64,000 nt of DNA, from assembly GCA_964016885.1 (NCBI GenBank), contig OZ024740.1, positions 263,934,001-263,998,000 of the forward strand, given 5' to 3'. This stretch comes from Eledone cirrhosa. Its lineage: Eukaryota. Shown here piece after piece: positions 28,600 through 45,654 of the stretch. Under the pieces are notes generated by a model. That model made no database searches and had not been told where the DNA came from. It worked only from the letters and a program-made list of their open reading frames with translations. Within the stretch, counting starts at the first letter, position 1, and every line of letters begins with the position of its first letter. A program made the position numbers and the translations under genes.

Positions 28600-28928
28600 C
28601 AATTCTCAGCTAGGTTCCCAGGCGATGCGTGGACACAGGGAACTTATACAAAAATAATTCAGTGGATGGAAAAAAGCAAGCGAGGACTAAATTCCAGGAC
28701 ATTGAAAAAATCACTTCCTACTTGGTCGGTGGCAAATTCAAAAGAATCAATCACGTGACATCGAGGTTAATCAGTGAGGAGTGGGTGTTAATAAGACAGT
28801 AGCCGGACTATTAATATGAACTATAGTAGTAGTTTTGGCAAATTTTTGCTCGACAAAATAATTTGGAGATAATTATAAAGAATTAGTATATCTACCAACA
28901 TATATATACAGATGCATACCTATGCTAG

Positions 28929-29068
<140 letters not shown>

Positions 29069-29146
29069 TACAAGCATACATACACATATGTTTATGTATG
29101 TAAATATATATATATGTACACACACACACACATACATATGTATATA

Positions 29147-29743
29147 TCCTGTGTCAGTGATGAACAAAAAGATGACGTGGTTGCCTCAACACTGTACGGC
29201 GTAATTCGGGCTGTTTGTTTTTTTACAAACAAACAAACCGTGCATTATAATAAATGTTCGGTAAACCAATACGTGCATATATATATATGTGTGGATATAT
29301 GTATTTATATACATACTACTGTACGTCTGTATACATATATGTATGTACGTATACATACATACTTACATTTAAGTAAGTACCGTACTAAGAGTGAGAAATG
29401 AAATTTCGTTTCATTCAATTCCATTTATCGTTCAAGGTGTGCCCGGCCGACTGAACTCACTCGATATGCAAATTAGGCTGCTCAGCCGTTAATATGCATG
29501 AGGAAATTATATACTTTCAGACGTTCAACCAACTGGCAGGAAGGTATACGATGCTGACGATAGCTAATAAGCTTGAAACTAGTACATCGTTCCTGTGTCA
29601 GTGTTGAAGAAAAAGGTGACGTGGTTGCCTAAACACTGTACGGCGTAATTCGGGCTGTTGGTTTATTTACAATCAAACAAACCGAGCATTATAATAAATG
29701 TTCGGTAAACCGATACGTGCATATATATGTGTGTGCATGTATG

Positions 29744-29818
<75 letters not shown>

Positions 29819-29924
29819 GCTACTGTACGTCTGTATACATATATGTATGTACGTATACATACATACATACTTACATTTAAGTAAGTGCCGTACTAAGAGT
29901 GAGAAATGAAATTTCGTTTCATTC
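29147..29924 (+). mobile_element. 444-bp non-coding tandem repeat (about 1.6 units) with one hammerhead; retrozyme-like
   Basis: tcctgtgtcagtg...gaaatttcgtttcattc starts at 29147 and 29591; the hammerhead is at the unit junction; flanked by microsatellites. Confidence 0.75.
29548..29590 (+). ncRNA. Minimal type I hammerhead ribozyme
   Basis: acgatg-CTGACGA-t-agct/aata/agct-t-GAAA-ctag-TA-catcgt; palindromic ACTAGT; GUA triplet; stem I extends (cagga/tcctg). Confidence 0.85.
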
Positions 29925-29992
<68 letters not shown>

Positions 29993-30273
29993 TTGTGAGC
30001 GTGTGTATGTGTGTATTGTCACGTGGGTCCTTACTATAGTATAGTTGAGAAAAAAGCAAACGATATTTCTACAGATGTACACAGGAAGTTGATTATATCC
30101 GCAATCAATTTTTCGGCACATTTCAGATTCCTTTCACAGAAATTGATCTATTAGCAAAAGAAGCGGATATGGGAACAATATGAAATATCATTGAATTGAT
30201 TAAGGCATTGCTTGCGAAGCGATATCGAACAACAAACGCAAATATACATAGACACAAGCATACATTCGTAAAT

Positions 30274-30330
<57 letters not shown>

Positions 30331-30383
30331 ATTATACATGTATATACAAGTGTGTGTGCTAGTGTACAGGTATATATGTATGC

Positions 30384-30452
<69 letters not shown>

Positions 30453-30532
30453 TATATATGCATAGGTATATACCTAGACACTACCACACATACATGTATA
30501 TAAATACACACACATACACGCTCACACACACG

Positions 30533-30597
<65 letters not shown>

Positions 30598-30782
30598 CAA
30601 TTGAGGAATTGAGGAAAGTTGGTTGATCAGATGATCCACTGGCTTTAGTCTTAAAAAGACCTGAAGCACTCTACGACTTGTATTCCTTAAAATATTATCA
30701 ATATGGATATGGTATCAAGCGGAATGACAATATTATAAGAGAGACAGTTTTAATGTACATCCTTTTTTTATATAATATAATC

Positions 30783-30837
<55 letters not shown>

Positions 30838-31119
30838 TTTATTTATCATATGTAATCCTGTTATACGTATTTCGAAGACGTCAAAGTAACTGCATTATAA
30901 CTTTTTTGGTGTTTTTGTTTTTGATCTGCTACTAGAGTTATCAACATTGTTGCAGCAACCCACTCCAGGTTTAGTGATCATGCTAAAGTGTAGGTTGAGG
31001 TTGAGCTTAATATTTACGGAGATTGCTAACTATATAATCTCAGGAAAGATATTTCAGGCATACAAGTATAAAATAGATCAGAGCGTTTGTTATTTACCTG
31101 GTGTCTCCTATTAATAACG

Positions 31120-34100
31120 TGTAGAACGCCAGTTGCGCAAAGACGTACGAAAGAGAACCTCTATTAAGAGAACTTGCAGGAGATCCGGAATTTTCTGGCA
31201 GCTCCGCCAGGCACATTTTCATGTGTGGCATTGAGAGCCAAATTCATAAAGCGGACATCCGTGTCTCAACTGCAACGAATGGATCAACTGTTTTACTCAG
31301 AAGAGTTAGGGGACAAGTTGCCGTCAGGTTACTTAAAACGCTTAAAGCAACTGTTGGGGAATATACCATGGAGCCGGCCATCCTAACACAACTGTTCCTA
31401 CAAAAGTTGCCGCCAACCACTCGCAGCATTTGGGCGGCTATTAAAGCCCCCCCCCCCCACCCAATCGAGGGTTTGGTGGATTCAGGCGACGGAATAATGA
31501 ACGCAGCCGCGCCATTGACATGTGTGGCCCAGGAACACACACCCACTCACTAGAAAGCGCTTTTTCTTCATTTTTTCTTCATCCTTTCCTCTTTCCTCTT
31601 CCTCGCCGGCTCTGGAGGCTCGGGTGGAAAAGCAAGATGCACATATGAGCACACTTATGGCTCAAATGCAACTACAGACTCGCACTACGCTCTCCTCGGC
31701 GTACTTTCCTGCAGCACCCGCAATATAGGAGTTGTACCCGGATGACCCATATGCTCGTACCACCTTGAATTCGGCGGAAGTTTCCGTAGATGCCTCTTGC
31801 CCGGTTCTTTGCGGAGGGAATCTCGTTATGTCCCGATAAATGACGTGGCCAAGCAGTAACGGCGGCAACAACAACTCGGTCTTTCAAAGCTAGACACCTG
31901 TTTCATATTAGTGACCGATCCACCAGTGTTCGGTTTCTGGTGGACAGAGTGGGTGGGGGAGATTAGCATTATAACATCTGCCATGGTGCCTGACAGTAGG
32001 AAACCCACATCATTTTTTCTTCAGGTTGTGAAACAATCTCCCTTCCCTACGTTCTGAGAAAAGCCCCTAACCCTGGCTCTGAGGCTCAGCTGATTTATCC
32101 AGTGGGATTTTGTCATCAACAAGTTACCGATTCTGATCCTAGAAACGGATTTCCTTCATCATTTCGGTGTACTGGTTGACGGTAAACACAACAGATTGGT
32201 TGATGTTACCACTGGCTTCAATGTGCAGGGTATCAGCGTTAGGGCACCCTCCCTCGGCCATGTTTTCGTGAACCAATGCAGTCCGGCAGATTCGATGCAA
32301 TTCTACGCAGGCACACCCTGAAATCAAGTTCCCAATGTTTAACAGTCGACCCCTGATTCACAGTGCTAGGCATCATATCGTGACCGAGGGCATTCCGGTT
32401 TCTTCTAAACCTGGGTGACTAGCCCCTGATCACATTATGATCGCTAAACCAGAGATCGATCATATGATGGAACTGGGCATTGTTTGTCCACCCAGTAGCA
32501 TTGGTCATCACCTCTGCACCTGGTTCCCAAGAAATCTGCACGTGACTGGCGACTATGTAGGGAATATAGGCTTCTTAACACACGCACAAAATCCGATAAG
32601 TATACTCTGCTTCACATACAGGACTTCTCTGTTACTCTACATCAAGTCAGGGTCTTTTCTAAAATCAACCTCGTGTGGGCGTACAACCAGATTGCTATTG
32701 AACGGGGTGACATTCCGAAAAATGCCATTATGACTCCTTTCGGCCTCTTCGAGTTGCTTAGGATAGCCATTCGGTTTGCACAAAGCTACATCAACGTTCC
32801 AGAATTTCATCAACACAGTAGTACGTAGTTTACCCTTCCTCTACATGTATATTGATATGCTTGTAGCCAGCACGTGAAGAACACGAAAGGCACATACAAC
32901 TGCTTTTTGAGCGTTTTTCTCAGTTTGGTGTCATCAACCCTGGTAAATGCAATTTCGACGTTTCTTCACTTGATTTTCACGCACACCGCATCGACAAACA
33001 AGGAAGCTGTTCTCTCTACGACAAGGCTAAGTTGATTTTATATTGCTCCATTTCTACGTCCCTGAGGAAAGTACGTGAATTCTTCTGATTCATAAATGTT
33101 TAGCGTTGCTTCATTCTGTGCAGAGCTTCTCCACGGCGGTGGTGCAAACGGAATGACCAGTTTATCAATGTTGGTGATGTACAAACAGTTACCATTCTTA
33201 ATGTCAAGGGGGCCTTGGCAAAGGCTACAATATTGGTTCATCCCAAACCCGACGCACCGTCCTGTTTGTTCGTCGATGCGTCGGATGTTGGGGACGGTGG
33301 CGTCCTTCAACGATGTATAGACGATTTCTTTCTTCTCTAGGATCTTCACAAACCGGCTGAAACGAAGTACAGCGTAACTCAATGTGAGACATTTCTGGCA
33401 CATGTTAAATGGTTCTGTGTTCCCTATTAACCTCTCACGTACGCTTTATAGTCAAAGCCTGCAGCCACACACCTAGAGAAATGAGCCAACTGGATTATAT
33501 ATTCCAGTATACTACGGATATTCACCATATTAAGGGTTCAGATAACCCTACAACCGACACGATTTCTCGCGCGCACATAGGTGCACTGCACACCTCTATT
33601 TCCATCAGTCTCCGAGATGTTACCACCGTCCAACAAACGGACGTGAAGCTCCTCAACCTCCGAAATTCTTCTTGTTATTCTTCCTTGTCTTCCAGACTCC
33701 TTCCTCTACCCTCTTCTTCCGGTCGTATTTGGTGTTATGTATCTACGGATCACGAACTCCACTACGTACATATAAAGCATTGACGTTCGGTTTTCTTCTG
33801 CTCTGCAAAATCTATCGCATCCTGGTGCCAAATACCCACCCGCCCCCTTGTCAGTGTTGCAATCATCTTTTTATCCGTGTGGACAGATTCGGTCGGTTGT
33901 CTGAAACTATTCCCCTGCCTTACACCTCAGCCGAAATGGTTGCCAAGGTGCTAGTTCAGCATTGTATTTCGGTTTATGGAACACCTTCTACCATCACAAC
34001 GAAAAGAGGGGGTTATTTCGAATCGAAGCTCTTTAACGAATTACACACCTCCTAAGTTGTAACCGAAGACGTACAACGGTTTATCACCCTGCAGCTAACA

Positions 34101-34720
34101 GCATGCTGGACACGGTTCCATAGGCAATTAAAATCTGCTCTTAGAGCTTATATCAAGAACAGCAAATGGTTGGAAATCTCACCCATTATGCTTCTTGGAA
34201 TTCGCTCCAACGTAAAAGAAGGACATGGTTTTATGCCAACTGAGCTGGTTTATGACACGACCTTAGTATTACCCGGGCAAAAGGTTGCACCTGATTCTCA
34301 ACAACGCGCGGATCCAGCGAACTACATCCATCGTCTGCGGATCTATATGACAAACCTGCAATCCGTTGCCCCTCAACCTCAAAGTGTCGCTACTCAAGTT
34401 CCATCTTACATACAAAATTGGACACTCGTTTTTGTCAGAAGGGACACTATCAAAGGTATTTTAGAACCACCACAATTTGGGCCCTACCAAGTACTCAACA
34501 GAACAGCCACGCATTTAATTTTTGAAATTTATAAAATAAAGCAAGTGGGATGCCGTTAGTGACGGCCGACTAAAATAAGCCCACGTACACTTCAAAGTAA
34601 GTTCACCATCCAACCAGTTTAACCCAGAATAAACGCTCCCATCAACTGGTAATCCTAACTCTATGCCAAAAACTAACACCAGCTCCGGTCGAGGGGTGTC
34701 CTAGCCACCATGCTATGTAT
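31120..34720 (+). mobile_element. Heavily decayed Ty3/gypsy LTR retrotransposon internal region (CsRn1/Kabuki-like gag; PR, RT, RNase H, IN)
   Basis: EELGDKLPS..LKRLKQL, LFLQKLP; EIDHMMELGIV; TPFGLFE, MYID; SQLDYIFQYTTDIHHIKGSDN; YGTPSTITT; MLLGIRS; PPQFGPYQVL. No LTRs recognised. Confidence 0.85.
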
Positions 34721-34794
34721 AATATTTCGGGTATCTTTCGTCATCATATCTCTAATTTGTCCATTTTTTATTTATTTCATTTATTGATTTATTT

Positions 34795-34930
34795 TAGTAT
34801 CGTTAATGTATTTTGTTTTGTTTTTCTCATTTCTGATCGTAACTTGAGCTGATCGATTGTGAAACGCGCTTCACGTTTGAATATAAATTTATTGATGTTA
34901 ACTGTATACTTCGTTTGTTCTTATCATATA
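34795..34930 (+). repeat. Dispersed repeat of about 135 bp, second copy at 42311-42445
   Basis: ttagtatcgttaatgtattttg...cttatcatatata is shared; both copies end in (TA)n. Confidence 0.8.
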
Positions 34931-34989
34931 TATATAAATATATATATATATCAAGAGATGTCAACATGAATCGGCCTGTTATTTTTATC

Positions 34990-35179
34990 TAAAGAGATTT
35001 TTTCCAATTATAACTCGCCCCTCCCCTCAATCTGTCTTATTCTCATTCTTTCTTCTGATGAAGGACTAGTTTCCAAAACGTTAAAACATTCTTCCTGCTA
35101 TTTCAAGCGTTAGCCTAATATATTCCTTCCGTATACTGTACCGATTGTGTTGTTATTTCTGTTGACCATTTACATATAT

Positions 35180-35180
<1 letters not shown>
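34990..35180 (+). repeat. Solo Penelope pLTR fragment with mutated hammerhead (35051-35085)
   Basis: Homologous to 17360-17520 (-); CTGATGA-aggactagtttcc-AAAAcgtt (GAAA changed to AAAA). Confidence 0.7.
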
Positions 35181-35276
<96 letters not shown>

Positions 35277-35428
35277 AATTAATATCTAGTAACATATATA
35301 TACATACACATGCATATCAATGATAGCAAATATATAGGTTTTGTCTTAGTAACATTGTGGTTCAATGCATGGGGTTGCAGAACAATAATCGCTTTGCCTG
35401 GAAACTTAGCTGAGAATAGACTTCCCTA

Positions 35429-35509
35429 ACTCCCTGACGACGGAATGTTTCTCTATATCTTCTTCGGAAAATATATTTACTCCATTCCAGAAACTAATTA
35501 GTTGGAAGT
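35429..35509 (+). ncRNA. Type I hammerhead, paralogue of 28520-28599
   Basis: actcc-CTGACGA-cggaatg...cattcca-GAAA-ctaattag-TT-ggaagt. Confidence 0.75.
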
Positions 35510-35554
35510 GATATTTTAGTAAGTAAGTTAATTTTATAATTTTCTTATTTTACG

Positions 35555-35603
<49 letters not shown>

Positions 35604-35658
35604 ATATATATGTATATATATATATATATGTATGTATATATATGTATATATATATATG

Positions 35659-35769
<111 letters not shown>

Positions 35770-35770
35770 G

Positions 35771-35801
<31 letters not shown>

Positions 35802-35817
35802 GTATATGTATATATAT

Positions 35818-37062
35818 ATTATATTATATTTAGAGTTATAAACTCAAACAGTGCTTTACAATTAATTAGCTCAAAGAAAGAAGCATTTCTGAGCCGTGAA
35901 ATACAAGTTAATATAAATTAATATATGATAAACACATAAGTGGTTGTATTGTAAATGACCAAGTTAGCTAGAATGAAATATACTAATTAAAATAAATATA
36001 GTTTGCCTGTCTCGATTTAACATAATAAATCAATAAAAACAAACCCATATTGGCAATATCCGTGATACCTGGACAAATTTTAATTGCAAAATCTAAACCT
36101 GTTCCGCAGACAAATTTAAATTTCAAAACCCAAATAAGTTTCGCAACGATAGTATAAAAAAGTGAAAGATTCCATTTTCTGTGTTCATCAACAGGTATCC
36201 AGAAAATTAGGATGTTTCACCTCGAAATATTTTTGGAGGTCTGGTGTACAAGCTCTAACGCACGTAGTTTTCCAGCTCACTAGCTATCCCCATACTCATG
36301 GTGCTAGAAATAACAGCCGTTTATATGGAATTAAAATTTAGCTCAACAAAAGGAGCCGTAATATTATATTATATTTAGAGTTATAAACTCAAACAGTCCT
36401 TTACAATTAATTAGCTCAAAGAAAGAAGCATTTCTGAGCCGTGAAATACAAGTTAATATAAATTAATTTATAATAAACACATAAGTGTTTGTATTGTAAA
36501 TGACCAAGTTAGCTAGAATGAAATACACTAATTAAAATAAATATAGTTTGCCTGTCTCGATTTAAAATAATAAATCAATAAAAACAAACCCATATTGGCA
36601 ATAACCGTGATACCTGGACAAATTTATATTTCAAAATCCAAACCTGTTCCGCAGATAAATTTAAATTTCTAAACCCAAATAAGTTTCGCAACGATAGTAT
36701 AAAAAAGTAAAAGATTCCAAATAATTTCGGAGGTCTGGTGTACAAGCGCTAACGCACGTGGTTTTGCAGCTCACTAGCTATCCCCATACTCATGGTGCTA
36801 GAAATAACAGTTGTTTATATGGGATTAAAATTTAGCTCAACAAAAGGAGCAGTAATATTATATTATATTTAAGAGTTATAAACTTAAATTTGTCCAGGTA
36901 TCACGGTTATTGCCAATATGGGTTTGTTTATATTGATTTATTATTTTAAATCGAGAGAGGCAAACTATATTTATTTTAATTAGTATATTTCATTCTAGCT
37001 AACTTGGTCATTTACAATACAAACACTTATGTGTTTATCATATATTGATTTATATTAACTTG
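35818..37062 (-). mobile_element. 545-bp tandem repeat (2 units and the start of a third) plus an inverted segment (36886-37062); retrozyme-like
   Basis: atattatattt(a)agagttataaact recurs at 35821, 36366 and about 36859; unit 2 has a deletion near 36720; (TA)n flanks. Confidence 0.8.
36064..36199 (-). ncRNA. Type I hammerhead with UUGAUGA core and long stem III
   Basis: gatacctg-TTGATGA-...tgc-GAAA-c[hairpin aaatttaaatttgt/acaggtttagattt]g-TC-caggtatc. Confidence 0.65.
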
Positions 37063-37157
37063 TATATGTATATATATATGTATATGTATGTATATATATG
37101 TGTGTGTGTGTGTATATACACACTCACACACATATATATATACATGCACACACACAT

Positions 37158-37207
<50 letters not shown>

Positions 37208-37252
37208 GAACACATACATGCACACACACACGCACTCACACACATATATATC

Positions 37253-37644
37253 TATAAGTTAAAACAATGATATAAAAATTGAAATAAAAAATCAAGTCAT
37301 TAGAGATATTCTTCGCTGCTTTACGATCGTTTCTAGATGGTGATAATACATTGTAGCTATACTCTGTAATTGATATATGTATGTTTGCAAACTATGAGAT
37401 AAAGAGAATATTTATTACATGCATATCATCAGCTGTTTTCAAAAGCTGCTTTTGAAAACAGCTGATGATATGCATGTAAGTAAATATTCACTTTATCTGA
37501 TAGTTTGTAAACATACATAGATCAATTAACAGAGTATAGTTACAGTGTATTATCACCATCTAGAAACGATCGTAAAGCAGTGAAGTTTATCTCTAATGAC
37601 TTGATTTTTTATTTAATTTTTTTATTTCATTGTTTTAACTTATA
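37253..37644. repeat. About 390-bp fold-back palindrome, centre 37447
   Basis: Arms of about 195 bp around caaaagc-t-gcttttg. Confidence 0.92.
37446..37580 (+). ncRNA. Type I hammerhead-like motif with UUGAAAA (U3-A8) core and long stem II; mirrored on the - strand in the left arm
   Basis: ctgctt-TTGAAAA-cagctgatgata...tatcaccatcta-GAAA-cgatcg-TA-aagcag; palindromic ACGATCGT; GUA triplet. Confidence 0.6.
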
Positions 37645-38026
37645 TCATGACTCTGTTTTCCTTTTAATGTTTTATTGTTTTCCGAGATTTATCTTAACCT
37701 ACAACATTTTTAACATATGGATTACATCGAGTTCTTCATGCAGAATAGACCCCACAACTTACTGTGGATACCTCTGTATATATATATATATGTGTGTGTG
37801 AATGCATGTATAGTATATTTAGCAATATACCGTTTAAAATATAAATTAAATGCGAGGAAACGAAAGTAAGACGACAGGAATTACTGCGTAGTTTGTTCAT
37901 ATTTTTAATGAAATTCATAAACCTGCCCTTTGATTGTTGTTTAAGTCATCTTAGCAATATAGTTCATGTTTATGATTTTAACTCCTAAAACACATATTCA
38001 CAAGGAATATATTATAAATACATGTT

Positions 38027-38075
<49 letters not shown>

Positions 38076-38173
38076 TAAAATAAATATTTGCTCTACGGTT
38101 CTTATATATTTGATATATATTTATCCTTATCGAGCTCTCTTTGGATTTTAGTCTTCAAATTTATTATTATTAC

Positions 38174-38228
<55 letters not shown>

Positions 38229-38329
38229 ATATATGTATATATATATATATTTATATACTTATATATATATGTGTGTGTGTGTGAGCATGTGTGTGTATAC
38301 ATATATATATATGTGTATATATTCTACTT

Positions 38330-42230
<3,901 letters not shown>

Positions 42231-42446
42231 TTGTGTGTGTGTGTGTGTACATGTAAACATATATACATACATGCATACATACATATATACATATTCATAC
42301 ATATTTATGTTAGTATCGTTAATGTATTTTGTTTTGTTTTTCTCTTTTCTGATCGTAACTTGAGTTGATCGATTGTGAAATGCGCTTCACGTTTGAATAT
42401 AAATATATTGATGTTATCATACTTCGTTTCTTCTTATCATATATAA

Positions 42447-42536
<90 letters not shown>

Positions 42537-43104
42537 ATTTATTGACTGAAATTCAATTTATTGACTGAAATTCATCGGAACTACGATTTCATTTTCATTG
42601 AAACTCATTAGCAATATGATCCCAATTTATATCTGACAAATTATCCAATAAATCCTGTTTAGTTTACCTCACGATGATTACTATTCAACCGTCATACATA
42701 GTTTCCAGCTGTTTTTAATTTACAGTTTGTTTATCACATTAGTATTGTAAATATCTGAATTTGAATTTTTAATTATCGCCTAAATATCTGAGACAGCTGA
42801 ATTCTTAATCCGTTTTCCAACTTGTTGTTGGTGCAGTGGTTCAAATCACATAAAACTATGTTGGTTTCACTGCCTTGACACGTAACGATCACCGTTTACG
42901 CCATTAATATATGAAGTGCCATGTGATGTGGTTAGTCTCACTACGCTAGCAGCTGCAATACTGTGCTATGAATGAGGTTTTTTTTGTTACCAATTAAAGC
43001 TATTGGACTAAAGTGTCATATAAGGCATAACCGTAAAAAATGGACCGAGAAGAGTATTAAACACTGCAAAGTCGATATGTGACAGTAGAGTCTATCATTC
43101 CATC

Positions 43105-43138
<34 letters not shown>

Positions 43139-43140
43139 AT

Positions 43141-43178
<38 letters not shown>

Positions 43179-44826
43179 ATGTATGTGTGTATTTCTGCAT
43201 ATGTGTGTTTCTGTATGTGTATGTGTGTGTACTTTTCTTAATTTTTTTATTCCTTTTGATTTATCAGAGTTTATTTCCTCTTTTTTACTTTTTAAATTTA
43301 TTATTATTATGTTTTTTTTTTTGTTTTTTTTTAAAACACCCGGACGTGTGGAAAATAATTTTTGTCAACTAATTGAAAACAATTCACCGTCACTTACCTT
43401 TCTCATCCCCGTCATATTTATCATCTTAATGTTTTGTCATACAGCAGAGCTGCCAATCTCTAAAAACCCAAACGGGGAATACAATGAAAAAAGGTGCCCC
43501 AAAAGAGGGAGAAATGAGATAAAAGGGGGAGATTTTGTGTTTTGAAAGCTATTTCACGAAAAACGTCTCTTTTCACCCCAAAATGGGTGGAAGATCACCT
43601 CGTTGGAGTTGACAACCTCATATATCTCTTTATATGACATTTCAACATGCTATAGATTCAATAACTCGGAATAATATAATTATAAAGCAATGTCGAATTC
43701 AAAGATTACTTGCAGAAATATTTTTCGTAACTATAAAAGGAAATTATTATGGTCAATTAATTCCCGAAATATCAAAAATGCAAATATTAATCCTCCTTCA
43801 ATATTTCCTGCTCAAGACCATATCTGATATGAAGTATTTTGCGAAAAATATTTTCACAGATATGGATATTAAAAGATGTGTTTACAAGAGTAGGCACAGA
43901 AGAGAAAATATTTATTTTAAAAAAAAACATACATAAACAAGAAGGAAACATACACTAAATCAAAACCTATAAAATTAATATATTTTACATTAATTGTAAC
44001 ATTATCGCATATAATTTACTTTTTCCAAAAATTTCATTGATTAAATTTCCTTGGAAAAATTTCTGTTCCCTGATTTAAAAGTGTCGAAAATAATTATTAA
44101 TAAACAATGCATAAAAATAAAGGAGCAAACAATATTTATCATTACCATGAATGCTTTGTTTGCTAATTGAGAATTTAATAACATTCTCTTAAGAAACTAG
44201 ACACAATTTTGATCATTTTTGTTTGATAGCCGATAATTAGAATGGTAGGTTTCAGTGGGAACACAAACACGGAATTCCAAAAATAAAATGTTATTTTGTC
44301 CAAGATATCAGTGTGATATTCGATATGTCACTTTGTTTTTAAAGAAGAGCTGGGGATACACCCAGACAGATTTTTAAAAAATGAAGTATCACAGATCAAA
44401 TCAGATTTAATTAATATGAAATTTTCATCGATAAAACTAGAGTTGAGGGTAGGAGAAAAAGGAATGTAAATAATTGTAAAATTAATAATAAAAAAAAAAA
44501 ATAACAGTTTGAAAGCAACTTTAGGATAATATCTAACATAATTTTTTCTGTTCCAATAAAACTGATGTATATCGAATTTAAATTTGATTGCAATATATTA
44601 TAATGGAACATTTAAATATTATTTATGCATCATATATACGCACATATACAAACATTCTAATATTTTGTGCGCACTATTGGAGATGGATGGATAGGGGAAT
44701 TATCACAAATATCTACTTAATGATACGTAAAAATTCAAAAAGTATTATATAGCCACCTACATTACGATATCTTTTTTTATTACATCTACAACAGGCAGGT
44801 ATATTCTTATTTTTATTCGTAAGCGG

Positions 44827-44930
<104 letters not shown>

Positions 44931-44943
44931 ATGTGTATGTGTC

Positions 44944-44976
<33 letters not shown>

Positions 44977-44996
44977 ATATATATGTGTGTGTGTGA

Positions 44997-45032
<36 letters not shown>

Positions 45033-45034
<2 letters not shown>

Positions 45035-45230
45035 CGAAGGAAATGTGGTAAGGAACTAGGTGGACCATAACGCACCAAAGTACTCAATAATTAGGGTAGT
45101 AGAGTGGATAATAGGAACAAGTAGGACCCGACGGCTGAGCTGAAGCCGTTTCGACGGCTAATTCTGGACTCTGGAGTCCAGAATTAGTCGTCGAAACGGC
45201 TTGAGCTCAGCCGTCGGGTTCCTACTCGTT

Positions 45231-45235
<5 letters not shown>
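45033..45235. repeat. Fold-back palindrome (45111-45235) containing the 3' half of a hammerhead
   Basis: Centre ggactc-tg-gagtcc; arm reads gtcgtc-GAAA-cggct/tgagctc/agccg-TC-ggg; (TA)n on both sides. Confidence 0.85.
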
Positions 45236-45295
<60 letters not shown>

Positions 45296-45654
45296 CAAAA
45301 TAAGATGCTGACGTTACATATATCGTTTAATCATAATAATTATTTCCACGGTTCTCTATGCAAACGAAAGGTCCTTCATGCATTTGCGGTTGATTATGAG
45401 AGTGGTTTCTTCAGATGAAAATCGATATATTTGATATGTCGCTGGCAGGAAAACACACATCCTAATGCATGTGCGCCCAGCATACATAGGAGTTCCTTGA
45501 AGCGTTTGCCAGCCGTCGTGTTTGTTAGAAAAAGCTATCAACGAAAAAAGACGAAAAGAAGGAAGAACTGTGTGCAACCAAATCCCAGTAGACAGTTGAA
45601 GCAATAAATGGGGCTCTGAGGGAGGTGGGGTATATAGTTAGTTGACAACCACCT

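Noticed and set aside
34830-34880. CTGATCG...GAAACGCG as a hammerhead
   Set aside because: The core does not conform and no stem I was found; at most a relic.
30900-34950. LTRs, PBS or PPT for the gypsy element
   Set aside because: No matching direct repeats found on both sides by eye.
43445-43620. Possible MITE with gagctgccaa/ttgacaacctc ends
   Set aside because: TIRs too degenerate and no TSD seen.
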